Source: a virus. From it: a DNA stretch of 15,155 nt. Position numbers and translations under genes: made by a program. The DNA lies in the UHGV virus genome UHGV-0151496; one strand, given 5' to 3'. Below are positions 5,859 to 13,413 of this stretch, piece by piece. A model generated the notes under the pieces. The model was not told the origin of the DNA and did not search any database. It saw only the letters and a program-made list of their open reading frames with translations. Every line of letters starts with the position of its first letter. Positions within the stretch are counted from its first letter, which is position 1.

Positions 5859-8695
5859 GTGAGTTTGCATGGAGCTGGAATGAACCGCAGCCAGCTATTG
5901 ATCCGGACGACTTCGCGAACTTCAGCCGGTTGCCAAAAACCGGACTGCAACGCGCCATTCGTTACTACCTTGAGGCAGACAAAAAGGCCCAGGAAGAACA
6001 GGAAGCGAAGGGAGAAGCCTTTTTCGCACAATCCGCCATGGGTAAAAAACTCATGGCATCCCTTGAGGAAGCCGGGCAACACAAAAAACTGATAAAAAAC
6101 ATCATCAGTAAGCGCCAGGAAATAAAGCAAGACCCGGTGGCCCGTGCATTTGTCACACTAAAGGCGCTTCCCGTTTATCTGCGAGAACCCCTGAGCCGCC
6201 ACCTCTCGTTCCTGCGCAAGAAGCAGGAAGCCGATCGTCAGAAAGGCAAAAAGAGCTGGCAGGCCGAACGCTACGCGCGCGGAAACCTGCGCAAAATATT
6301 CGAACGTCTGAAGCGCACCGACAGCCGCTGGCTGACACAGGGGTATCGCTCCCTTGCCGGACGCGAACGCCTGGACGATTTGCTTTACCTGCCGCAGCTC
6401 AACAAACACCAGATACAGACGCTGGCCACCATGACGGCGGCGATGTTCAGCAGCACCTTCGAAAAACTCTGCGATGGCTTTGGCGCGACCGATGGTGAGC
6501 TGACCATGGATGTAACGCTGAAGGCGTATCAGATGCTGGCCCGCATGGCGTTACACCTGCACACCATGCCGCCGCATTATGACGCACTGACAACAGACAA
6601 AGACCGGAAGAACGAACCGGAAACGGAGCTGCTGCCAGGCGCAATCCTTCGCCTGACCTGTGCGGAATGGTGGAAACGCAAACTGTGGCTTTTACGTTGC
6701 GAGTGGAGAGAAGAACAACTCCGCGCCGCCTGTCTGGTTTCCAGAAAAACATCGCCCTATCTGAGCCAGGACGCGTTAAGCGAGTTTCGCGCACAACGCG
6801 AGAAAACACGCGATTTCCTGAAAAGTTTCATGCTGGAAAACAAATACGGGTTCACGTTTTATCTCGAGACAGTGTATTACGCGGGAGTAAGTAACCCGGT
6901 TCACCGTAAGGCAGAAATGATGGCCACCATGAAGGGACTGGAACTTCTGGCCGAAGCCCGTGGCGACAGAGCGGTGTTTCTGACTGTCACCTGCCCGTCA
7001 AAATACCACGCAACAACGGAGAACGGTCATCCGAACCCCAAATGGAACGGGGCCACCATGCGCGACTCCAGCGATTACCTGGTTAACACGTTTTTTGCGG
7101 CGGTCCGCAAAAAACTGAACCGCGACGGTCTGCGCTGGTATGGCATCCGCACGGTGGAGCCTCATCATGACGGCACGGTGCACTGGCACATGATGGTTTT
7201 TGCGCATCCTGACGAGATTGAAACCATCGTGTCCCACACCCGCGATATTGCCATTCAGGAAGATCGTCACGAGCTGGGTGATGATATTACCCCACGCTTT
7301 AAGGCGGAGTACGTCGACGGCTCAAAAGGCACACCGACCAGCTACATCGCCACCTACATCGGGAAAAACCTGGACAGCCGTGCCGTGGATGGCATCGACC
7401 CGAAAACGGGCAAGCCACGCGTTGACCACGAAACCGGAAAATCAATGGCCGAGAGCGTGGAACGCGCCATCGGCTGGGCGCGCCTTCACCGTGTCCGCCA
7501 GTTCCAGTTCTTTGGTATCCCCTCCCGTCAGGTGTGGCGTGAACTCCGCCGCCTTGCCAGCCAGATGGCACGCAACCCGGAAGGCCCGCAACGGCTGAAG
7601 GATGACGCAATGGATGCGGTACTCGCTGCCGCTGATGCCGGATGTTTTGCCACCTACATAGAGAAACAGGGCGGCGTACTTGTTCCACGCAAAGACTACC
7701 TGATTCGCACCGCCTACGACCTCGCAGAAGAGCTGAACGATTACGGCGAACAGAGCGCACAGATTTATGGGATCTGGTCACCACTCATCGGGGAATCCTC
7801 CCGTGTGTGCACGCACCCGGATAACTGGAAGCTGGTAAGACGTAAACCGGAAGCGGAAGACAACACCCGCGAAAATGGTTTTGACCTTCAGGGCGGCCTT
7901 GCCGCCCCTTGGACTCGTGGCAATAACTGTCCCCGTGTACAGGAAACGGACAACAACGGGACAGAACAGCCGGAAGAACGGCCAGCACCGTGGCCGCAGC
8001 TTCCTGACGGCGTTGAAGTGAATGAATGGATCCGCTCACTGAAACGGCACGAACGCCGGGCGCTGATGCGTTCGCTGCGTGACAAACAGGCAAAAAACAG
8101 CAGCGATGAAATGCAGAACTGGACACAGAGCCGCAAACAGCCGCGGCCTTTACCTGATAACCACGAGTTACTCGCTAAAGAATGGCGGGAGTCTGCTGAA
8201 TCTCTCGGCCTGCATATCGGTGAACAGCAGATGCAGCACCTGTTACGGGGCGGCAGTCTGTACGTTGACGGCAGCATCATTTCACCGCAGGGATTTGAAA
8301 TTGTACGCAAACCGGATACCCGCCCGGACGGCCTAATCACGCAACTCTGGCAACGCCTGAGCCGTAATCACGGCATAAGCAGCACGGAGATCCGCCATAA
8401 CCCGGTCGCCAGCTATCTGAAACAGCTCGAGGCATCAGACCCTGAAGCCGCCGCACGCCTGGCATCCACACTTCAGCAAGACCAGAACACCATGAAAACA
8501 CCCGTTACCGTGCTTTCTGACATGCTGCGCGCCATCCGCGACGCAGAGCACGCACAGAGAATCAGTGAAACCACTGAACGCGCCCGCCGCAAAGCAGACC
8601 TACTGCGGGGTAGCCTGACCAGTGGAAACAAAAAACAGACAAAAACGGGATTCACAAATCCCGTAAATGAGCAAAAAACGCGCCGCGATATATGA
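5855..8695 (+). CDS. A: Rolling-circle replication initiation endonuclease, P2 gpA family
   Basis: ORF track start 5828 is GTG; the ATG at 5855 overlaps the upstream stop. Contains an HUH-type motif (GTVHWHMMVFAHPDE) and a paired-tyrosine motif (SYIATYIGKNL) typical of P2 A-type Rep proteins. Position matches gene A in the P2 map. Confidence 0.88.
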   Translation: MSEFAWSWNEPQPAIDPDDFANFSRLPKTGLQRAIRYYLEADKKAQEEQEAKGEAFFAQSAMGKKLMASLEEAGQHKKLIKNIISKRQEIKQDPVARAFVTLKALPVYLREPLSRHLSFLRKKQEADRQKGKKSWQAERYARGNLRKIFERLKRTDSRWLTQGYRSLAGRERLDDLLYLPQLNKHQIQTLATMTAAMFSSTFEKLCDGFGATDGELTMDVTLKAYQMLARMALHLHTMPPHYDALTTDKDRKNEPETELLPGAILRLTCAEWWKRKLWLLRCEWREEQLRAACLVSRKTSPYLSQDALSEFRAQREKTRDFLKSFMLENKYGFTFYLETVYYAGVSNPVHRKAEMMATMKGLELLAEARGDRAVFLTVTCPSKYHATTENGHPNPKWNGATMRDSSDYLVNTFFAAVRKKLNRDGLRWYGIRTVEPHHDGTVHWHMMVFAHPDEIETIVSHTRDIAIQEDRHELGDDITPRFKAEYVDGSKGTPTSYIATYIGKNLDSRAVDGIDPKTGKPRVDHETGKSMAESVERAIGWARLHRVRQFQFFGIPSRQVWRELRRLASQMARNPEGPQRLKDDAMDAVLAAADAGCFATYIEKQGGVLVPRKDYLIRTAYDLAEELNDYGEQSAQIYGIWSPLIGESSRVCTHPDNWKLVRRKPEAEDNTRENGFDLQGGLAAPWTRGNNCPRVQETDNNGTEQPEERPAPWPQLPDGVEVNEWIRSLKRHERRALMRSLRDKQAKNSSDEMQNWTQSRKQPRPLPDNHELLAKEWRESAESLGLHIGEQQMQHLLRGGSLYVDGSIISPQGFEIVRKPDTRPDGLITQLWQRLSRNHGISSTEIRHNPVASYLKQLEASDPEAAARLASTLQQDQNTMKTPVTVLSDMLRAIRDAEHAQRISETTERARRKADLLRGSLTSGNKKQTKTGFTNPVNEQKTRRDI
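8646..8663. repeat. 18-bp perfect-arm palindrome cgggattcacaaatcccg (copy 1), inside the 3' end of the gpA ORF
   Basis: Read directly: 7-bp arms CGGGATT/AATCCCG around a 4-nt centre, followed by taaa. Near-identical copy 73 bp downstream. Confidence 0.6.
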
Positions 8696-8718
8696 AGCGC
8701 GCACAAAACAGGCAAAAG

Positions 8719-8736
8719 CGGGATTTCAGAATCCCG
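8719..8736. repeat. 18-bp palindrome cgggatttcagaatcccg (copy 2), upstream of parM; candidate ParR operator/parC-like site
   Basis: Same arms as copy 1, also followed by taaa; lies 36 nt upstream of the parM ATG. Confidence 0.6.
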
Positions 8737-8771
8737 TAAACGATTAATTAATCAACATAAGGAAAAGCGAC

Positions 8772-9731
8772 ATGAAAATTTGTATCGACGACGGCTCCAC
8801 CAACATCAAGCTGGCATGGACTGAGAACGGCGAACGCCGCAACGCCATCAGCCCGAACAGCTTCAAGTCGGAATGGTCTGCGCCGTTCGGCGGCTCGCAG
8901 CCCGCGAACTACATGCTTGATGGCGTGCGCTATGGTTTTGATCCGGTCAGCGATCGCTTTGTCCGGACGACCGACACGCAATACCAGTACAGCGATGTGA
9001 ATGTCATTGCCATTCATCATGCGCTGGTCAAATCAGGTATTACGCCACAGGAAGTGGATGTGGTTGTCACCCTGCCACTGAGCGAGTATTTCGACACAAA
9101 CGCACAGCCGGATATGACCAACATCAACCGCAAAAAAGCGAACGTCATGCGCCCGGTGGAGTACCAGAACGGTGAGGCATTCACTATCCGTAACGTGCGG
9201 GTTATGCCTGAATCCATTCCGGCAGGCTTTAAGGCACTGGCTGACATGAGTCCGTTTGAATCCCTGCTGATTGTGGATTTGGGCGGTACCACGCTGGATG
9301 TGGCAAAGGTTCAGGGGCAACTGGCAGGTATCAGCCAGGTATTTTGCGATCCACACGTAGGCGTTTCACTGATGACCGATGCCGTGCTGTCGGTGATGGC
9401 CACCAACGGTATGCGTACCAGCCACCACATCGCCAGTACCATTATCGAACATCGCCACGATGAAGCCTGGCTGCGCCAGCACATCCACAATGACGCGCAT
9501 TACGCCAGCCTGATGGCGGTTATTCGTGAAAAGGAAGAAACACTGAAACAACGCGTGATCCGCGCACTGGCGGGCTTTTCGGGATACGGTCGGGTGATGA
9601 TTGTCGGTGGAGGGGCGGAGATTGTGGCTCCGGCGGTACATGACGCTTACGGCCTCAACGCAAACATTCACACAACACCGGAGCCACAGTTTGCCCTGGT
9701 TAATGGACTCCATGACATGAACAGGGAGTGA
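8772..9731 (+). CDS. parM: Actin-like plasmid segregation ATPase ParM/StbA
   Basis: N-terminus MKICIDDGSTNIKLAW, SPNSFKSEW, YSDVNVIAIHHAL, VMPESIPAGF, LIVDLGGTTLDV, VMIVGGGAEI and C-terminal ALVNGL closely resemble plasmid R1/R100 ParM (StbA) as I recall it. AAGGAA precedes the ATG. Confidence 0.9.
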   Translation: MKICIDDGSTNIKLAWTENGERRNAISPNSFKSEWSAPFGGSQPANYMLDGVRYGFDPVSDRFVRTTDTQYQYSDVNVIAIHHALVKSGITPQEVDVVVTLPLSEYFDTNAQPDMTNINRKKANVMRPVEYQNGEAFTIRNVRVMPESIPAGFKALADMSPFESLLIVDLGGTTLDVAKVQGQLAGISQVFCDPHVGVSLMTDAVLSVMATNGMRTSHHIASTIIEHRHDEAWLRQHIHNDAHYASLMAVIREKEETLKQRVIRALAGFSGYGRVMIVGGGAEIVAPAVHDAYGLNANIHTTPEPQFALVNGLHDMNRE

Positions 9732-9735
9732 ACCA

Positions 9736-10047
9736 ATGACAACATCAACCAGGCGGATAAGTTTCTATCTGAAGCCAGCCGCAGTCAAGAACGAAGGTGA
9801 AGCATGCACATGGCTGGACAGCCTTACACCAGAAGCCCGCAAAAGCGGCCAACGCGTGGCTTTTCTGGCCGGGCTGGCGCTTCTGAAGACGAATCCGGCA
9901 GAGGCTTACCGGCTGGCTGCATGGGCTGACGATGAGGCGTTATCCGTGACACAAACCAGGACAGAACGCCCCGTGTCACAGCCAGTACCAACCGCACAGA
10001 TAACCAGTCAGATGGCCGGAAATATCCGGGCGCTATTTCCTGAGTAA
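9736..10047 (+). CDS. parR: ParR/StbB-like centromere-binding adaptor
   Basis: 103 aa directly downstream of parM (4-nt gap, GGGAG upstream). N-terminal RRISFYLKP...LDSLTPEARKSGQRVAFLAGLAL resembles the ribbon-helix-helix region of R1 ParR. Confidence 0.7.
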   Translation: MTTSTRRISFYLKPAAVKNEGEACTWLDSLTPEARKSGQRVAFLAGLALLKTNPAEAYRLAAWADDEALSVTQTRTERPVSQPVPTAQITSQMAGNIRALFPE

Positions 10048-10053
10048 GCAGAG

Positions 10054-10074
10054 CCAGGGCGGAAACCGCCCTGG
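10054..10074. terminator. Perfect 9-bp stem / 3-nt loop hairpin after parR (no T tract)
   Basis: ccagggcgg-aaa-ccgccctgg, 7 nt after the parR stop. Marks the boundary between the GC-typical core and the AT-rich island. Confidence 0.4.
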
Positions 10075-10099
10075 ATGTAATCAGTAGAGAGTGTGAACC

Positions 10100-10228
10100 C
10101 ACACCACATCACGCTCCATGAAATTTGCATAATTTAACTATGATTTTTGCAACTCTCCATTCATAATGTTAGTAATAATTAACCAATCTAAACCCATAAG
10201 AGCCACCATTGTTAAATTCAGGTGACGT
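10100..10228 (+). promoter_or_regulatory. AT-rich upstream region of the cargo operon; putative promoter
   Basis: TTGCAA at 10147-10152 and TAAT-rich -10 candidates (cataat 10162-10167, taataa 10173-10178); AGGTGA before the ATG at 10229. Spacing is not canonical, so the exact promoter is unresolved. Confidence 0.25.
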
Positions 10229-11374
10229 ATGAACATTCAACAGCGTATAGCAGAACGCTTGGTTCAGGCCAGAAACGACGCGGGAATGAGTGCAAGCGCC
10301 GTCGCAGATGCGATCGGTGTTGTTCGTCAAACCTACAGTAAGTTTGAGCAGGCGCTAGGCGTCCCAAGCGTTACCCAACTCATCATGCTCTGCAAGATTT
10401 TCGATAAGCCTATCGGGTATTTTTATGAGCAAGATGATGGCGAGTTCCGTTTTGCAATGCGAGCAGATAGTCCGGATTTGTTGGATGCTAAACTTCGCAA
10501 TGAGTTGATTGAAAAGTTAAAAAATATCAATGCAATTGAGGAAGCTGCTGATGCTAATTTGCCAGAAGATCTTCCTAACTCAATGCCTATTTTTACCGCC
10601 AAAGCAGAAGATTTGCGAAGAGTCGAAGATAAGGCTATGGAAGAACGTTTCCGTCTTGGTATAGGAAACGCTACTTGCGTTGGTGACATTGTAGCCATTT
10701 TGGAAGCATCGGATATTCGAGTAATCCCGTTCAATCGCGAAGAAACCGATAAAGGGATGGTATTCGGATTTTCTGCGTTTTCGAACAAATACGGTACCGC
10801 GATTTATGTAAATGTTCACGACAGCATTTCAATAGAACGTCAAATCTTCAGTATTTGCCATGAATATGCTCATCTTATCTTCCACCGTGATGAGTATGAT
10901 GGCCCTGCTAAAAGCTATAAAACTAATGGCAAAGCAATTTCACCGGAAGAAAAAGTTGCTAATCACTTTGCTGCTTGTTTTTTGGTACCAGAAAGTGCAT
11001 TGCGAAAACAATTCGTCATGCAAGGTGGTGGATGGGCGTATGAGGAAACCGTCCTTAGACTAAAAAGCATTTTCAGAGTATCAGCCACTTGCATCATCGA
11101 TCGTCTTAGTAAATGTAATTTAATTAATCAACAAAACACTAGATACCTATGGGCAACCGCCAATCGTAAAGGTTGGAAGAGACACGAGCCAAATCCCATT
11201 AGGGAAGCACTAAATTATAAAGGTCGCCTAACCGTCTTATCGCGTAAAGCATGGGAAGCCGGTTCCGCGTCGGAAACCTTCATATCTGAACTTTTAGAAT
11301 TAGACAGAAAAGCTCTCAGCAATCTTCTGGATGAATGGTACGACGAACAGGAGGCCGGAGAGGATGCCGTTTGA
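10229..11374 (+). CDS. Fused XRE-family HTH + ImmA/IrrE (COG2856/DUF955-type) zinc metallopeptidase
   Basis: N-terminal HTH (SASAVADAIGVVRQTYSKFEQALGVPSVTQL) and central HExxH motif (SICHEYAHLIFH) in the context typical of ImmA/IrrE peptidases. 381 aa, AT-rich codon usage unlike neighbouring phage genes. Confidence 0.8.
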   Translation: MNIQQRIAERLVQARNDAGMSASAVADAIGVVRQTYSKFEQALGVPSVTQLIMLCKIFDKPIGYFYEQDDGEFRFAMRADSPDLLDAKLRNELIEKLKNINAIEEAADANLPEDLPNSMPIFTAKAEDLRRVEDKAMEERFRLGIGNATCVGDIVAILEASDIRVIPFNREETDKGMVFGFSAFSNKYGTAIYVNVHDSISIERQIFSICHEYAHLIFHRDEYDGPAKSYKTNGKAISPEEKVANHFAACFLVPESALRKQFVMQGGGWAYEETVLRLKSIFRVSATCIIDRLSKCNLINQQNTRYLWATANRKGWKRHEPNPIREALNYKGRLTVLSRKAWEAGSASETFISELLELDRKALSNLLDEWYDEQEAGEDAV

Positions 11375-11882
11375 ATGCCCCAGATGTGTTATCGATACGA
11401 ATGTACTGTCTGATTTTTACGAAGGTAAATGCTTAGATCTTATCTGGCAAATTTACCCGGGTGGTGTGTGGATTGACCCCTATGTCTGCGAGGAACTAAA
11501 AGCTAAATACAATCTTGATGTTCAGGAACAGCTTACACGCCTGCAACTTCCATACAATTTCACCAATGATTACGAACCTGAACATTTTATTGAAATGGCT
11601 GAGATAAAAAATCGCAGGAGAGCATTGAAGTATGCGGACATAAGCTGCGTTGTTAACGCGAGAATACATGATGCAACATGTCTTTCGGCGGATAATGCGG
11701 TTTATAAAACGTGTGCGGAACGCGGTGTAAAAGCCGCCCGCCACGGAGGGCTACTCCAAGAGGCTGTGCGCAGGAGACTTATCCACAAACATCAAGCCTT
11801 AATGCATTTCCAATTTTTCCTAGATCGTGGGTTAACGATGAAATCTTCTGTTCGAGAACAGATTCTTGCCAGTTTCGAATGA
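11364..11882 (+). CDS. PIN-domain-like nuclease (VapC-like fold), candidate toxin/effector
   Basis: ATG at 11364 with AGGAGG 9 nt upstream (ORF track's 11331 start lacks an SD). VIDTNVLSDF near the N-terminus (PIN strand-1 Asp), acidic residue in VCEELK, then DISCVVNARIHDATCLSADNAVY resembling the PIN D..IAA.A / T.D motifs. Start lies 10 nt upstream of the peptidase stop. Confidence 0.6.
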   Translation: MPFECPRCVIDTNVLSDFYEGKCLDLIWQIYPGGVWIDPYVCEELKAKYNLDVQEQLTRLQLPYNFTNDYEPEHFIEMAEIKNRRRALKYADISCVVNARIHDATCLSADNAVYKTCAERGVKAARHGGLLQEAVRRRLIHKHQALMHFQFFLDRGLTMKSSVREQILASFE

Positions 11883-11915
11883 ATCCAAATCTCTCTTGCC
11901 ATATTGGGTTATATT

Positions 11916-11941
11916 GAGCCGCAATAGCGGCTCTTTTTTTT
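11916..11941 (+). terminator. Rho-independent terminator of the cargo operon
   Basis: gagccgc-aata-gcggctc followed by 8 T (11934-11941), 34 nt after the PIN stop. Confidence 0.8.
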
Positions 11942-11956
11942 GTTTATTTATAACAA

Positions 11957-11992
11957 GTGCGCAATGCACAATAGTGCGCAAATTTGCACAAT
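11957..11992. repeat. Tandem direct repeat GTGCGCAA(T)n TGCACAAT x2
   Basis: gtgcgcaatgcacaata / gtgcgcaaatttgcacaat read directly. TGCACAA recurs at 12056-12062 beside the palindrome aaaaacgcgttttt (12064-12077). Confidence 0.5.
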
Positions 11993-12313
11993 TTTTTTGA
12001 GCGACTTTTTGCCCTTCTGGCCCGCGTGGCGGCTGGATCCGTCAAGGATCCGTGCATGCACAAAAAAACGCGTTTTTGTTGCGCGCAGGTGCCGGGGGAA
12101 CAGCCCGCAATTTGGGGTCTGAAAGCATCCTCAGAAATCGCCAGAAATGCTGCTGATTGTGCCCCTGACGCGATGTTTTATTGGTTGTGTGGTGAAGTAT
12201 GGGCTGATGCATCACATGCCTGTGATGCACTTTGATGCGACGTGTGCTGACAGGTTATTCAACCTGGTAGATCCCTGAGATGCCTGGTGCGTGACACACC
12301 GGAGCTGGTGAGT

Positions 12314-12337
12314 CGGGGCATAAATTTTTATGCCCCG
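12314..12337. repeat. Inverted repeat cggggcataaa-tt-tttatgccccg just downstream of the portal gene stop
   Basis: 11-bp arms read directly; could be the minus-strand transcription terminator of the P-Q operon and/or part of the packaging (cos) region. Confidence 0.5.
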
Positions 12338-12363
12338 GAGAAGCAGCAGACAAGCGAAGCGCG

Positions 12364-13413
12364 TCAGGATGTGGGCGGGGTATCCAGCAGTGCGTAAGGG
12401 TTAAAGCGGATCACCTCCTCGCCCAGCCAGTCATTAACGTGCTTCATCGCCTCCATCACCGGCATCAGTTCGTTGATCGCAAACACTCTGGCCGCCTTCT
12501 CCACATCACCAAAAGAACCCTGCCCGCTGGGCATTGCGCCCATCAGTTGTGGTGGTACACGGTGAGCGGCCAGCACATCATCACGGGAGGCCGCCTTGAC
12601 GTTCATGAACTCATCCCGGGCGGTGATCTGCTGGAATGGCAGGATTTGCACACCGTCCTTCCCGCCGTTCGGTGCCTGGAGTAGCAGGTTCTTGAATGCC
12701 CCACCGCCTCTTGCGCCCTGCAACGCTCTTTCGAGAGCCTGCATACTTTCGCGATCAACCTGTGCTGCCCCCACGTAAATGATGCAGCCTGCATGTGAAC
12801 CGTTGTCATAGTAGAGTTTGCGGAAGCGATCTGCCGAGTGCGACAGACTGGCAGACAACAGGCCACCGAGATATTCCGGCATTCCGTACATCTCCTGGTT
12901 GATGTCGGGGTTCAGCACATGGCAGACGCGCCCCTGACGGAACTCGTGATCCTGCTCCCCCGTCTGCACAAACCAGTACACATCCGGTTCAACACCACGA
13001 CGGACGTATTTTGCCAGGGCATGGCGCAGTTCCAGTTTTCCGCCCAGCCTGTTGGTGCGCAGTTCAAGAAACGCATTCCCGAAGACAAACCAGTCCAGCG
13101 CAAAGGCGGAGAACGCCTGCCGGGACAACAGCCGGTGCGGAATGAAGCAGCCCAGTATGGCATTCCGCTTGAAGTACAGCGCCGACTGGTGCCACGAGGT
13201 CTGCCGGGATGCCCGCGCCAGTCCGTACCAGTCAACGGGCGTTTCGTAGTATCTGCCGTTACTCAGACAGTATGCGTTATCCAGCAGGTCGAGTGCGTGC
13301 GCATCGTAAGGGCCGTCGAACGAGAAGGCGCTTAACGACGGCTGGCGGCGCAGTGCCTCTGCCAGCGCCACGCCGTCATCGCGGCGCGAATATTTTCGTT
13401 TTTGTTTTTTCAT
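12364..13413 (-). CDS. Q: Phage portal (capsid portal vertex) protein, P2 gpQ-like
   Basis: 349 aa, immediately downstream of and overlapping (ATGA) the terminase ATPase gene on the minus strand; size and position match P2 gene Q. Family assignment by position and general resemblance, not by a search. Confidence 0.8.
   Translation of the reverse strand: MKKQKRKYSRRDDGVALAEALRRQPSLSAFSFDGPYDAHALDLLDNAYCLSNGRYYETPVDWYGLARASRQTSWHQSALYFKRNAILGCFIPHRLLSRQAFSAFALDWFVFGNAFLELRTNRLGGKLELRHALAKYVRRGVEPDVYWFVQTGEQDHEFRQGRVCHVLNPDINQEMYGMPEYLGGLLSASLSHSADRFRKLYYDNGSHAGCIIYVGAAQVDRESMQALERALQGARGGGAFKNLLLQAPNGGKDGVQILPFQQITARDEFMNVKAASRDDVLAAHRVPPQLMGAMPSGQGSFGDVEKAARVFAINELMPVMEAMKHVNDWLGEEVIRFNPYALLDTPPTS

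Noticed and set aside
5316-8340. Minus-strand ORFs inside gene A and its upstream gene (e.g. 5316-5870, 6998-7270, 7299-7784, 7888-8340)
   Set aside because: Cys/Arg-rich translations typical of antisense frames of GC-rich coding sequence; they overlap the confidently assigned gpA ORF.
11957-11992. Possible CRISPR-like repeat
   Set aside because: Only two short tandem copies with no spacer-like unique sequence of regular length and no cas genes; not a CRISPR array.
11984-12235. 83-aa ORF (TTG start) in the repeat-rich region before the portal gene
   Set aside because: Starts at a TTG inside a tandem DNA repeat, no SD, Cys/Ala-rich odd composition; region is better explained as non-coding packaging/regulatory DNA. 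A short peptide cannot be fully excluded.
12190-12363. Canonical P2/186-type cos 19-mer
   Set aside because: Could not find a GGCGAGGCGGGGAAAGCAC-like sequence by eye; cos is expected in this interval but I cannot place it, so it is not reported as a feature.
10054-12363. P2 tin and old genes in the A-to-Q cargo slot
   Set aside because: No ORF of the size or character of Old (long ATPase/nuclease) or Tin is present; the slot is instead occupied by the HTH-peptidase/PIN pair.
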